A stretch of DNA of 64,000 nucleotides, taken from contig OZ037766.1 in the NCBI GenBank assembly GCA_964035545.1, positions 3,524,722-3,588,721 of the forward strand, in the 5' to 3' direction. This document shows, piece after piece, positions 11,311-52,253 of this stretch (position 1 is the first letter of the stretch; every line of letters begins with the position of its first letter). Source of the DNA: Bugula neritina. Lineage: Eukaryota > Animalia > Bryozoa. A model generated the notes under the pieces. That model had not been told where the DNA came from and did no database searches. It saw nothing but the letters and a program-made list of their open reading frames with translations. The position numbers were made by a program, and so were the translations under genes.

Positions 11311-12189
11311 AATAGCAAAATCAATAAAATAGTAATAGTAACACAATTGTTATGATGTTTATAGATACATTATTTACATAATCATAATAAATTTAATATA
11401 TTATCGTTTACTAATAATTGCAAAAAGATTATTAATTTTAAATTCAATAGTAATATTAACTTTGAGATTATTAGATTCAATAATTATTTAATACCAACCA
11501 ACAACTAAAAGCCAGAAATGACAACTACTAGCACTACTACTACTACTAGTAGTACAAACTACTATAACAATATTAATAACAATCACAATGGGCATGGCAC
11601 TGCCAGTCATAATGATAATCATTGTGATAATCATAATGATATTCATAGTAAGTGTAACTATAAAATGAATATCATTATTAATATTATCAGTAGAAAATTA
11701 TTAGTGTTACTGTTAGTATTACTAGTAGTAAGTTACTAAGTCTACTAAATTACTATTGCTTTTGACTTATGAGTATGATAGAGTAATTCACTAATACTAA
11801 TAGTTATAGTGATACTGATAGTTTCCTACTGGTATTCATACAGTCACAATGATAGTGACACTCAATCTCATACTGATAGTAAAAATTCCATATTGATATT
11901 CAATATCAGATATTCATATTAAATATTTTAATTTATATTCATATTAATTATTCATATTGAATTACTGCGATATTCATATTGATAATCATAACCATAATGA
12001 TAATATATATAATGGCCATGGGCTTCGAATTTGCATCATCACAATCATTATAATTATCATAGCAATTACCAATACGATTATCAAAATTAGCATATAATAT
12101 CAAAATTGAACGTTCGGGATTCTTTTTTGCAGAAAGTTGAAGTGAAAACAAAAAGTCTTTTGGGAATAGGCACGAAGGTCACTTGAATG

Positions 12190-12405
12190 TTAAATTGCGT
12201 GTTCCAATAAAAACAACGTAGCTATTGGTCGGTTTATCTAGTTGCTTCATGTTTGACAGCAGTCAACAAGGAACTTACTTCATTGGTTGGTGAAAGTCGT
12301 CAAAGAGGCGGGTCGAGAGTTGTAAATCTGTTGCAGGCAAACATATTGGTTAACATAGTCTAAATAAAAGTTACCTGATGTCTAAAATTAATCGTAGTCC
12401 AATCT
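12190..12405. promoter_or_regulatory. Putative bidirectional promoter (HTT/CACYBP): CCAAT-box cluster plus GC box
   Basis: CCAAT/ATTGG at 12204, 12224, 12282, 12345 and 12399; GAGGCGGG at 12305; locally raised CpG; lies between head-to-head genes. Confidence 0.55.
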
Positions 12406-12625
12406 CACGCATGTTCTAGAAATTACTGCAGTTTCAGTTTGGTCTAATTGCTTTACTAATTCAGTAACTGTTTTTAAATCATAATTTGTACAATAAATAT
12501 TCAATTTTCAGCCGTGATACTGATACTCATATATTACTTTTTCACAACATACAGGTTCAGCCCAATTTGAAGAATAAAAGTGCAGCTACTTCTGTTACAG
12601 TTACAGTATTACTTTTAGTATCAGA

Positions 12626-15600
12626 ATGGCAACACTGGAGGTAACTCAAAATCTAACGGCAACTCTAAGTCAAAGTGAATTACTATTACTATTAGTATTA
12701 CTATTACTATTAGAATAAGAATCACTATCAGGATACCAATGTGCAACAGGGTAATCACTCAATGCCCAAGGCCAATGAGTTTGAGTATGACAATCAGTAA
12801 ATCACAATGCCTATGACTTAAAAGTTATAACTTGTAAGTTATAACATTAACTATTAGTATTAGTATTACTATTAGTATTAGTAATACTACTAGTATTAGT
12901 ATTACATTTATTATTACTATTAGTATTACTATTAGTTTAAGCATTATTATTAGTCAATGATAATCCTTGATTGAATCACCATCAACTTTAAATTTAAGTT
13001 ATCCATGTTGAACCTCATGAAGCCTAATCATCATGATGATCATCATAATGATAACGTGAATCAAAATCAGAATGTCGTACTCGTACCGATGGCGATTATC
13101 AATATTATACTTATACCACCCAACCATACTTATATACTATAACTATGTAACTGCCTATCAGTATTAGATACTGGTGTTCATTCACTTTCACTCATTACCA
13201 TTATATCAGTGTGAGTGTGATTCAATCAATTCATCACCATTGTCATATTTTATCTGAAGTGGGAAGGAAAATAAGATTTATGTATCACTATCAAATTTAA
13301 ATGCAAAGCAAAGCGGTAATAGCGTACAAGTAATAGCTATAATTTTTAGCATTTAGTTTTACATTCTTTAGTCTTAGATTGTTTGGTTACCCCTAATCTT
13401 AGTCAGTATTAGTGTTGCTGTAGCTCAAGTTGCATAGTAAACTTGAATCGTTGAATGTTTTCAAGGTCACAATATAAACATCTAAATAAAATTTTCACTG
13501 AAAATGACACAGCTCATGTAAATGCTTTACTTTTTTTGAATATTATAATTTATGTTAATGTAGTTACTGGTACCAATTCTACTCAATTTCAATCTTGTAT
13601 TAGAAATAATAGCAATAATATTGATATCAATAGGACTGTATTATAATATTCATGGATAAAATTAACATTGCTGATGATACATTTATTCTAGTAACCTGTA
13701 AGTTTTAAACACCTCTTTCTGTGTAGATGGCCAATAAGAGTTTTATTTTTCTTCTTTACTGAGTAAATTTAATATTCAATAGGTCAAGAAAGACCAAGAA
13801 GAACTTAAACGGTTATTGCAGCTTGCTTCTCGGGAAAATGTCAAGAATATCTTGCTAGGTAAAGGTGGATTCCAATTCACTTCACAATGAGAGTCAAGTC
13901 TTGATAATACTTATTAACCTAGCTTTAAAAGATACCTAGTTTCTGTCTCTCCTTAGTATGAACTAGATGCTAGGAATATTATGAATATTTCCTCTGTGTA
14001 TGTTAGCTGTCTTCTGTTCCTTACTGGTTGTGGCTGACAAGTCTAACAAACATCGTTTTATGAATGATGTATAAACATACGAGGATTATACGGTTTGGAA
14101 TACAAAGACAAAAAAATTGTCAGTAAGATATAATTTAAGATTTAAATGTTCATTTAATATGATGCTGTGCTGTGGTATTTCGTAAGATTTATTTTCTCTT
14201 TTATCCTAAAGAGATTGAGAATTCCAGATTTCTAACATAAAAATTATTAGTTTGTGAAAGAGTAACAGCACAAATATTCAAAACTAAATCATCATTTAAT
14301 TAGGCTGTTGGTGAAGAATAAAAATCTGAATCTACTCTAAATATTTTCTCATAGCTATACACATTTTAATGCGACTTTATTTTATTTTGTAACGTGATGT
14401 AATGTTGTTGTATAATGTGTATGCTTTTACATGATGCCATTGTTTAAACTAAGATTTTAATTTCAAATAGATTGGAGAAGTATTAAAATAGGAAACACTG
14501 AGCATTAACCCAATTTGTTGAGTAATATTTCGTACGATTTTGAAGTAAATAATAAGTTGTCTGCTTAATGTTGTCTGGTTGCACTGGTTCTCCAATATTT
14601 CCAGGTCACATTGAACAAATGCAGAAAGCTGTGGATGAAGGCGAATCAAAGAATGTCAATTCCTCTACAAGTGCAAGTGCACCCAGCACTGACACAAAGG
14701 CTGCCACAAGTCCCAACAAGCCAACTAAGCTGCCCCTACAGAAAATCTCCTCATATGGTTCGGTGCTAGTATATATAGTTCTAATTACTTATGATCTACC
14801 ACTTACCAGCATCGATTGCTGAGTAGGTCATTTTTTTAATTTTAAAGTATTATTTTAGCCTGGGATCAATCAGATTCGTATGTCAAAGTTTATGCTTCCA
14901 ATTTATCTGGAGTTCAACAAGTTCCATCAGACAATGTCAGCTGTCAGTTTAACACACGGTGAGATCATTCTCTTTAATCGTTCTGTAGTTCACCTGAATG
15001 GAATTCTTTTTCTTGGTTACTTCTGCTTAGATTTTGACATTCATAGGTCGTTATAGTTTATATATTTTATTACATTTGCAACGCTGTAATTTTCTCGGCT
15101 TTTTTGTATCGGGGGTTTTTATGATCACATGCACCCAATGATGCTTTAGGGGGTTCAACCTATTCGTGTCTGGATTGAATGGTAAAGACCACCAGTTGCA
15201 GATTGTCAGTCTCTATGGTAACATTGTCCCAGAAGAGAGCAAAATTAAGGTTAGATACCAAAGTTTTATATCACTTTTTGTTGCTAATTTGTGTTGTATT
15301 TTTTGTACATAAAATTTAGCATATCCTGGAAATGACCTGAGTAGGCATTGATGTCATTCATATCCTTGCTAAAAGATTATTGTACGCTCTACCTTCAATG
15401 GTTATATATTTTTCACAATATAAAGTTTTCAAATCCTTTGAATATATTACTGGTGTGTAGGGCTGAACTTGCTGTAAATATTGCAACCTGCAGATGTTTC
15501 GCCAGAAAACTTTCATCAAAAGCATTTTAAAGCTTAGAAATCAACTTCAATGTTATTGTAATAATTTTAATAACTTCTATAGACATTAATTTTAAAACTT

Positions 15601-17186
15601 TTCAGAATCTGATTCAGGTATTAGGATTTAGTTGCCTCTCATTAAATATTTTGCAGAATAGCAAAATTACCTCCTGATTTCTTTGAGGTTGCTTTAGTAA
15701 ATCAGAAATATGTGCTTCACTGGCAAAACAATCTGGCATTTCAAATAGCATTGTCTTGGCCCTCAACTCATGTTTTTAATAATCGCATTTCCTATTAAAA
15801 ATTCATTTGAAAATTTTCTTTTTTGCCTTGAGCTAAATCGTGAGACTTTAAGAAGTTCATTTAACTAGTTTTCCTTCCTAAAATCAATAAAATATGTTGA
15901 ATAATTTAATTCACCAGCCTAGTATGTCATGCTATACCAACTTTTTACAAACTTTAATGGGAATTACCTTCTTTGTGGAAACACGTGCATGCCATAATTG
16001 AAACAAGTTATCGGATTATTGTTTGTTAAATATAGCACTATAATTTTAGATTAAAACTGACTGTGTATTAGTAATGCTAAAGAAAGCTTCAAAAGAAAAG
16101 TGGGAAGGTATGACTGAAATAGATAGAAGAAAGAAGGAAAAACAGTGAGTCATCATGTAACCTAGCAAATGAAATTAGATATATCTTTCAAAAATGCATA
16201 ATATTTTTATTTAGAGCACTACCTTTCTCTCTATTTAGAGCATTTAGCCTAGGGCCACACTGTGCGTATTTTCGCATGCGAAAATTGAAACCACAAGTAG
16301 CAAAGGTGTCCACTGTATGCGTTGAGAAAACATTCGCGCTTGTTGCTCAGCATTTTGAATGCAAGTGCGAATCGTCTGTCGTCGTCATCTAATTGGCTGG
16401 TAGTTATTTAGCGAGCCCAATTTTTTTATTTTAGTGCTATATCCCAGTAAATTGCGTTTTATTAAAATCGAGTGCGATTTAAAAATGAAAGCTTTATTTA
16501 TCACGCATCACTGACGCTACAGTGGACACCTTTGCTACTTGTGGTTTCAATTTTCGCATGCGAAAATACGCACAGTGTGGCCCTAGGCTTATTCTCTTCA
16601 TGATATTCTTATCAAAGCTATTAACAATCGGCAAGTGTTGAATTTATTGGAAGATATTTTTCCATAATGTGAGTCTCTAAAGATTAGAAGCATACAGTTT
16701 TATGCAAAAGAAAAAAGGTTGTGTGTGTTGAGCATAATATTTCTTAGCTTTAGAGTTATTTTGTTGCTTTTTGGAGTTGTCTTTCACAGATGCTGTATAA
16801 AATTATAATATATCCATATTATATAATGTATATCCATACATGATAGCAAAAAATATACTACATGCTTTTTGTGGCTTAATATATAAAGCCTAATTTCATG
16901 TTCGCTTCCAACCCTATTCTGTTGAGTATTTTATTTTTGTGAGTGTCACATTTTAAGTTCATAAAAGTTCAGTCTTTTCCGCCAATCAAATCTTGATCGT
17001 AAGGACAAAACTTTTGCTTATAGAAAAGCTGAAAGTACCCCCAAAGCAGATGAGGATCCTCAGGCAGGAATAATGAATCTAATGAAGAAGATGTATGACG
17101 AAGGTGATGATGATATGAAAAGAACCATTGCTAAGGCATGGACAGAATCAAGAGACAAGCAAGGGCCAGGCATGGGTGACCTGTAG
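12626..17186 (+). CDS. CACYBP: Calcyclin-binding protein / Siah-interacting protein (7 exons)
   Basis: Exons 12626-12640, 13783-13858, 14605-14757, 14859-14958, 15150-15249, 16050-16144, 17024-17186. N-terminal helical hairpin ([23 protein letters not shown]), CS domain ([17 protein letters not shown]...[13 protein letters not shown]) and SGS domain ([32 protein letters not shown]). AATAAA at 17437. Confidence 0.95.
16247..16588. mobile_element. MITE, PIF/Harbinger (Tourist)-like, in CACYBP intron 6
   Basis: Perfect 71-bp TIRs (16247-16317 and 16518-16588) starting GCCTAGGGCCACAC; 3-bp TSD TTA (16244-16246, 16589-16591); no ORF. Confidence 0.88.
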
Positions 17187-17773
17187 ATTGTGTAATAACA
17201 ATTCAATAGCCTATAACAATAGATTGCATAGATAAAATCAACATCCATATAATCAATGCATTGAGTCAGTGTGCATTAAAGTTTTTATAACAATTAGTAG
17301 GTTTCTAAGTTTCTCAATTTGTATTAGTTGAGTGCAATTAGTTTTACAGCATGTATTTTCACTGTCTACTGTGGAAATGCCTTTTTATTATGAATTAGTT
17401 TCATTTTTTCACTCTGTAATCACATTTAACTCACTGAATAAATGTGCGATTATTTCTCTACTCTTAGCTAATGTTGTTGTTTAACGGCGATTTTAAACTG
17501 TAAGTTTATATCATGAACTAGAATACATGAAGTGCTTGAACTGGATTTTTTTTAAAAAAAAAAACAGGCTGACATCGTCAGTTGTATAACTGTTAACAAT
17601 AATTATTGTAAATAGAAATGCAAGTTATTTTTGCTCAGTGCTACATGTTTTTTGTCAACTCGCAGTAAGTTGAAAAAATCTCCAGCTTTGGATGTATTTG
17701 CAGAGTTCTTTTTCAAGATGATAAACTATGTGATCCTATAGTCACACCATTTCCACTGGGTGCATTCACTGTA

Positions 17774-19020
17774 TTAAAGTCCAAATCTGTCATCCCATTC
17801 AGGTTTTTGTCTTAGTGAAGGCTGTTTAACTGCTGTCTTTGCCTGTAAATTTGAAAAATTCAATCACTTTGCTTCATTTTCACCAACATGCAAGTGGCTA
17901 ACCTATCAAAAAAGCTACTTTTTGTACTAATTTTCATACATTTTGTCCTAAAGGTTAATAGCATAAAGTAATTAATTGCCAAAAGAGCACTTGCTACTAA
18001 TTCATGAGATTATATAGGCTACTAAACTCAAGATATAGAAAGAACTAAGGCTACCTTTTGCCTACTTCCTGTGACTGGGGAAGACCCGTGAAAGCTATAA
18101 GTGTCTGCTCTGTGGTTGAGAGACGTGAACCCCCGAGGACCTACTAGTCTATTTCCACTCGTGCGTCTCAAAGGAGGTAAACTAACTTCGGACTCTGGCT
18201 GTTTGCTTCTCGTCCCCCCTAATATAAAATAATATTGTTTCTGTTTTTTCCTCATTATACGTATGCATGTTACAAGTTACCTTTGTTTCGTAACGATCAC
18301 TTTCACTGCTCTACATGAAATAATGCAAGATGATTGATTAATTGAAGTTTACCTGATTTTAAAGATGATGCTGTTTTGCTTTTCTCTTTTTCTTTCTTAC
18401 TTGTAAAATGTGGTTGTTCTTGTTTTTCTAATTCTTTTTTCAGTTCTTTATTGACTTTATATGCTTGTTTTAGCAGCTCTTCCATTTCATGTTCTGATAG
18501 GTTTTCTAGTTTTGTTTCCAAATCATTTGGATCGGATAGGTCAAATGATATACTTTCTTCTGTCCTGTAACAACAATGTTTTTTTAAATTTTGATTTGTT
18601 CTAGTTACCTTGATGGGGTTCAAGCTCAAGTTTAAATAAATAAAAAAGAATGGTGCATCATGAAAGAAGACCCGATAATTTTTGCTATTTAACACAATTA
18701 TCCAGAACGGTGATAATCTAATTATTAGCAACATTTTGACCTATTAAACTCATCTATGAAATATTGCTTCAAAAACAATTTGTTTAAACTTATCTAATCT
18801 AACTTTGAATTAACATTTGATTAGTGTACATAAATTAAAATTAGTTTCAATAAATTTGATTCAAATGTACTTTATTGTAATTTTGACAAATAAGTGATCA
18901 AAATCTTCAAATTGGTGTATGTTACCTGCTGTCAGATTGGTCTTTACTCTCATGACTAGTTGCATCACTAAGTGGACTTCCTGTGTCAGAACTAAGTTTA
19001 GGACTTTCGCCATCACTCAT
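17774..19020 (-). CDS. Uncharacterised 179-aa protein with central coiled coil (4 coding exons)
   Basis: Exons 19020-18926, 18564-18353, 18218-18055, 17842-17774 with GT-AG sites and matching phases (540 nt). MSDGESPKLSSDTGS...LENLSEHEMEELLKQAYKVNKELKKELEKQ...KPEWDDRFGL*. No family recognised. Confidence 0.8.
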
Positions 19021-19639
19021 GTTAAAACTACCTGTTATGATTATCATGATAATTGAGGCAAAATATTTTCATGCAAACCTAGAAAATCTATTGAATCGAA
19101 GAATTCTTAATAATTTCTCGGTTTTGTAGACTTTGAATTTGTTGTTTAATTGCATCACTACTTTGGTTATATATTAAAATTATTGTTTGATAAAGTTAAA
19201 CTTTAGGTTTGAGGTGAGAGGCTATATAACTACCATTTTTAAAACTAACATAATACATTTGTATAAACAAAGTTACATAATAACATTTTCCACATGATAA
19301 ATTTATATATTAAATTTAAACTTACTTGTTTGTGGTATGACTTGTGTTACAATTGATTAAAATAGTTAATAAGCATTAATCATTAATGGTATTTTGTATT
19401 GGACTTGTCACCAAGTCAAAAACCGAAACCGAACGCCTTGTTTAACTTTATGTTATGCTTATAAGCTATAGTCATATACCAGTTTGAATTATGCAGCTAT
19501 TGCAACAAAATCACCATACAGCTTTTATATTTTACTATTGTTGATTACAGTTGCAATCACAAAGCTGGTGTTTATAGTTTCTAGAATGTAAGATTTCAAG
19601 TAACCCTGAGAAAAACTAATCTTGTTACAAGTTCGCTAT

Positions 19640-19860
19640 GTCTCTAGTTCATGCGCTACTGTGGTAATTGTATAAACATCCGCTTTTTCTTGCGTTCTGA
19701 TTGGACAAAACAAATAGTTTTCGTTTTTCAAGTTAGTAAAAATATATCTGTATAAGATCAATTACAAGTTAAATATTCTTTGGATATCAGGCTATACAGC
19801 TTCGCTCTGGTTGAGTTTTCATCCGTGAGAGGCTAAAAACCTACGCCCCAGTTTCAGTTC
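19640..19860. promoter_or_regulatory. Putative bidirectional promoter (uncharacterised gene / srGAP)
   Basis: CTGATTGG (CCAAT box) at ~19697-19704 and raised CpG. Outward-facing donor-like sites at ~19325 (minus, GTAAG) and 20058 (plus, GTGAG) suggest 5'UTR exons for both genes. Confidence 0.4.
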
Positions 19861-22800
19861 AATTACTGTTGATAATTCAGCCCACTAACTTCAGTAGGCA
19901 TGTTGATGTTGTATTATTAATTTCCTATTCATATTGACATTGGGTTGTGTTGATGCGGTTGGTAGGAAGTTACTGTAATTTGCAACAATTTAGCACGAAA
20001 TATTCAAATATTATTAAATAGAACATGCTGATGATGGCTTGTCCTACGTTAATTTAGGTGAGACTTTCCAAGCCACTTTGACTTTCGTTTCACTTTGCTT
20101 TTTAATTTTAATTTTTCACTTATACTTATAGTATTACTATTATTTTTAGTTTTACTAGGCCTAAATATTAGCTTTACTAACTCAAAGCTGTTTTAGTCAG
20201 TTTTACTATTATTATAATTATCATTACTTATTAGTACTAGTACTAATAGTATTATCTAATTTAATGTAAATGTAAATTGTAATAGTTATAGTTATAGTAT
20301 TGATATAAGTATTACTATAAGTTTATAGTAGATAGTAATAATAATTATTATAATTATATTCATATACATAATTATAATGATAATCATAATGTCATATACT
20401 TATACCAGAAACCAGCTTCCAACTGAAAATACAACTAAGTCTAATAGTAATACTAATACTAATACTAATAGTAATAGTAAAACTAAAGCTAATACAATAA
20501 TACTAATACTAATAGTATCACTATTACTATTAGTATTACTATTAGTATTAGTATTACTATTAGTGTTACTATTACTGCTATGAGTCAGTATGAGTTAATC
20601 ACTTGATAATACTAGTAATACTAATATTTATTAATTTACTTGTAGTCCTTAGTTTTTCTAGCATTGCAATCCAATAAGTCACCTTTTAGAAATAGTCATA
20701 CTCTAGTCATTAATCACTTTAAAGATGTTCATACTGATAGTCAGCACCATACTTTATTTACTATAGCGGTTTTAATCTTGGAATAAAGTTTTAACTAAGA
20801 GTAAGTGTACCTGCAAGCCATTCTACTCATTCTATTTTTTTACTTTTCTTGGGTTTAGCTGTTGTCGATTGGTCATTGACATTTGGCAGCGAAACTGAAT
20901 TTACCCAAGAATATTGGCATCAAGTTTAATTGTGTATATGAGGCTAGTCTTTAAGTAAATTTCTAGGAAAACCTAACTTTGCCCTCTATAGCTTACTTCC
21001 TGTGGTTAGCAACACCTTGACCTGCATAGCCTACTTTTGGTACTAAATGTAGACAATAACTTTTATAGCCCACTCCTTCCAACTTCTTGGTTATTATATA
21101 ATAAAATTTCAACTGTTTAATGGTCATCAATATAACAAGTTCATAAACTTAAGTAAAGATAGCATGCATAGAAATAGTTAAATTGGTGGTGATAAGCTTC
21201 TTCACTCAAAATTTTATCTCTTTGATATGCTCTTTGCTTTTTAGATTCGCTTAGATGCTATGGCCTTCCTAGTTAGTATTACTGCATGAAGCTAATATTT
21301 TTGTGTAAGGCTAAAGTACAGTCTTTAATATTCCTGTAAAATATTACAAGTATACACTGGAATAGCTTACATCTCCTCGTATCAGCTAAATATCCATATG
21401 ACCCTGCCTAAGTTCAATCATCACTCTATGCCTGAGGCTATATATCTTATTATCGTCCTCAGGGTGTATAACAAAGAACAATTGCACTCGAGTTGTGTGG
21501 TTTGCAACAATTTCCTTATGCTGGAGTTACTTAGCAATATTTGTATCTTGCTTCACATCTGAAATACAATTCTACTACCCCATGACTGTTATGGTAGTTC
21601 AAAGTGTGCAAATGCTCTTGTATTGTGGGCATGACTTTTAATCTGCACATTACAACTTTCTATCTGTATGCATACTCCAAGTTTGCATCCCTTGGCTAAA
21701 TTCAGGGATTAGTCACTGCTAGCCACCATTATTCATTATCAATTTATTATCTCCTAGTCTAAGTTTGACAGACTGCACGTGGACCTATTATTGATGATGT
21801 ACTGCAATTGAAACTATTTATAAAGTTGAATCTTCAATTATGTAATTAGTGTTGGGATATGCAAATATCCTATGATATGTAAATATTTAATACCAAGTTC
21901 ATGTATGTACATTGGGAAGATAAAAGTATAGATATTAAAGCAATTTATATTTTCAAGGGTTAGGTAATGAATGAATACAAAGTCTTTATTAAAAGGAAAA
22001 TTTGCTCTGCTTCATTTACCATTTAACAATATGCTAATTTAATTTATTATACATTAATTGTGTCAGATGCTGGAATGACTTTGGCTGCTAGTTCAAAATT
22101 GCCTTTTCAAGCTACTTGACAAATTTAAGCTCAATCTGCACATTTAATATCCACTGTATGCAGACATTAAGTTAGTTGCTAGAAAGTTGTTACTTTGCAA
22201 GATTTAGACCAATTGCCATAGAGGTCTCATGTCAGTCGTAACAAGCCTTCTTCTATTGGTCCATTACTTCCTAGTTCCTTCTTGCACTATCATAGTGATT
22301 TGTTTCTAAATTTTAGCAACATAAAATATTTGTTTAGCTTTAGCACCTGTCTGAATCAACCTGGTTCCGGGAAGCTATGTCTGCTCAACTAAATGCGCAC
22401 CTTACCTTTTACAGGCACCTGTTTAGTCTATCAGATCTCTCCATGTTAGCTCATGTCATTCAATATGTTGTCTCAGGTGTCTCTCTTTTGAATATTTCAG
22501 TACTTCCTCAAAAAGTTGATTCTATTTTTATTTTGTTTTATTGTTTGCAAATATTTTTGGATATATGTCGCTATAATGAATTGGAACCTATTCAAAATTC
22601 AGAGATTCCATTTTGACTCAAATAAGTAACATTTCAGTATATCAATCAGTCTAATCGGCTTATACAGTATGAATATGAATACGACAGCGCCAATTTATGT
22701 AACCCTTGAAGGTCACAGTGCTGCCCTTATGGTGTTTGTAGTTTCTAAACCTAAATAAGCTAAATTCAGCTATTTCAGATTGCTAGCATATCCAAAGGAA

Positions 22801-22972
22801 ATGGTAATTTCCTTAAGCTGTACTTTTGTTATTGTTATGTTTGTCTGTTTTGTGCCATATTTTGTAAGAGATAAGGAAAACAATTGTTTCTATAAATATC
22901 TCTAAGCACATTTCTGTGTACATGTTTATAGATTAAGGCAAAGAGAGAGTTGTTGAGGGGAAAGGCTTTGGA

Positions 22973-50418
<27,446 letters not shown>

Positions 50419-52253
50419 CTTCCTATTTTCATTAATTCTTTTTAAAAACATACTTTCTAATGTTATTACTTGTTTTCAATATTTTATTCTTTTGAAGAAC
50501 TTTTTGTAAAGTCTTTTATCAGCTGGCGTCTGCAGCCACGTTGTACATAATATTTGTCATGTAATTTTGTGCATGGTTCATGTATCGCATTCAGAATTCC
50601 AAGTTTATTTCTATGTTGTTGAGTTATTATGTTTATTTCTGAATTTAATGCTACTGGCTATGCAGTAATATTTATTTCTATTGTAATATCAATAATTGTA
50701 TCAAATTGCAATATATAGAGGCACTCTAATATGCAGTTGCTATATTTGTATGTGATATTCTATTGTAAGTTGGAATCATTTCATATTGTTACTCTAGTAA
50801 ATATCAACATGTTTCTTATTATTTTTAATTCTGGTTAATTCGTTGCAATTTGCTGATTTAGTTTGCATCATCCAGTGCAACGTAGAATAAAGTATACATA
50901 TCTCATTTGTTGAGCTTTCTCTTTCTAGAACCTAGGCTATTTAGTAGATTCTTTGGCTATAAACAGAGATGAGGACACCTCATGAATATGAAAAAATGTT
51001 GGTTCATATTTGTAGACATGTCACTGTGTAACACCAGCATACCCTGCCCTAAGCTGGTATCACATTACCCATTGTACAATAAATATTCAGAATGCATGAC
51101 TTTCAATAGAGACTCTATACAAATATTCTTTACAAGAACCTGTTTGTATAAACACATTTAGTTATGCTTCAATCGGAATTCATAATAAAATCACAATGTG
51201 GCAGGCATAATTTACGTGAAGACAATTGCTTGTTAGAGGGTAGATGTGTATGTAGTATTCTTGGAGCTTTTATTTTGGGAAAAATTATTTGGCAAAGTTT
51301 TAGGTTTGGTTTTACCAAGGTCATAGTAGTGTTGTAATACATGTAATGAGAAAGAGTGATGTCTTCAGCACAGGTCAATGTTATTGAACAACCAAGTTTT
51401 CTTACCACAGATATACTTCAAGCTCTTGGACGTGAGTATTAAACAATATAATATTGTTTTAATTAGTAATCTTTTCTCTAGTGTTCTTCATTACTCATCT
51501 TTTTCAGAAACACCTTTTTCAAGGTTGTCCTGCAGAGGCAGGACTTTCGTTTAAAAAACAACGATCTGCTTGGTTTGTCATTTTTAAGGAGCAATAACTA
51601 ACAAAGAAGTAGCCTAATTGCTATGGTCAAGTAAGGCACTCGTTTACAAAACACCTATTGAAGATGGCAGTTAAATTAGCTTCTATTCAACCTTGATATT
51701 AAGGCATGCATCACCTCCTATCAGCTTCTCTCCCAGCTTATTTACCTGCACAAGAGCTACTAGGTTCAGCACTGCTTGTACCCTAAACGCAGTAATGAAA
51801 AAAACTTAATAGCTCAATTAGCTCTTTGACTTTCTTAAAAACATTTAGGTTCATAATACTACATTTTATGATCTAGAACACAGGCTTTTCTTTATTACTA
51901 CACCTACCTCAATGCAGTGGAATTTCATATACCAATGAAAAAACTAAAGATTTCAAACACTGCGTTTTAACAATCCAAACTCAAATTCACTTGTAAGCCA
52001 TATACCATTTTAATGCAAGTTGAGACCGAAGTGCATCTGTGTACTATTTTAACGACTGACTACACCATGTTTCGCTCCTCCATAGGCAGCAATTTTGTTA
52101 ATCTAATGCTGTAATAATGTCCACCGGGGAATTAAACAACAGATTTCCAACTTGCAAGTTAGCTTGCTAACTATTGCACTGTGTGGTCTACTGGGAATCA
52201 CATTACAAATGTTGTCACTTATATCCAACAGAGTTTACTGTCTGTTTATACAG

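Noticed and set aside
12626-12640. Exon encoding MATLE, identical to the first five residues of human huntingtin, next to the HTT gene
   Set aside because: It is on the opposite strand to HTT and splices in frame into CACYBP; HTT has its own N17 exon at 6354. Coincidence.
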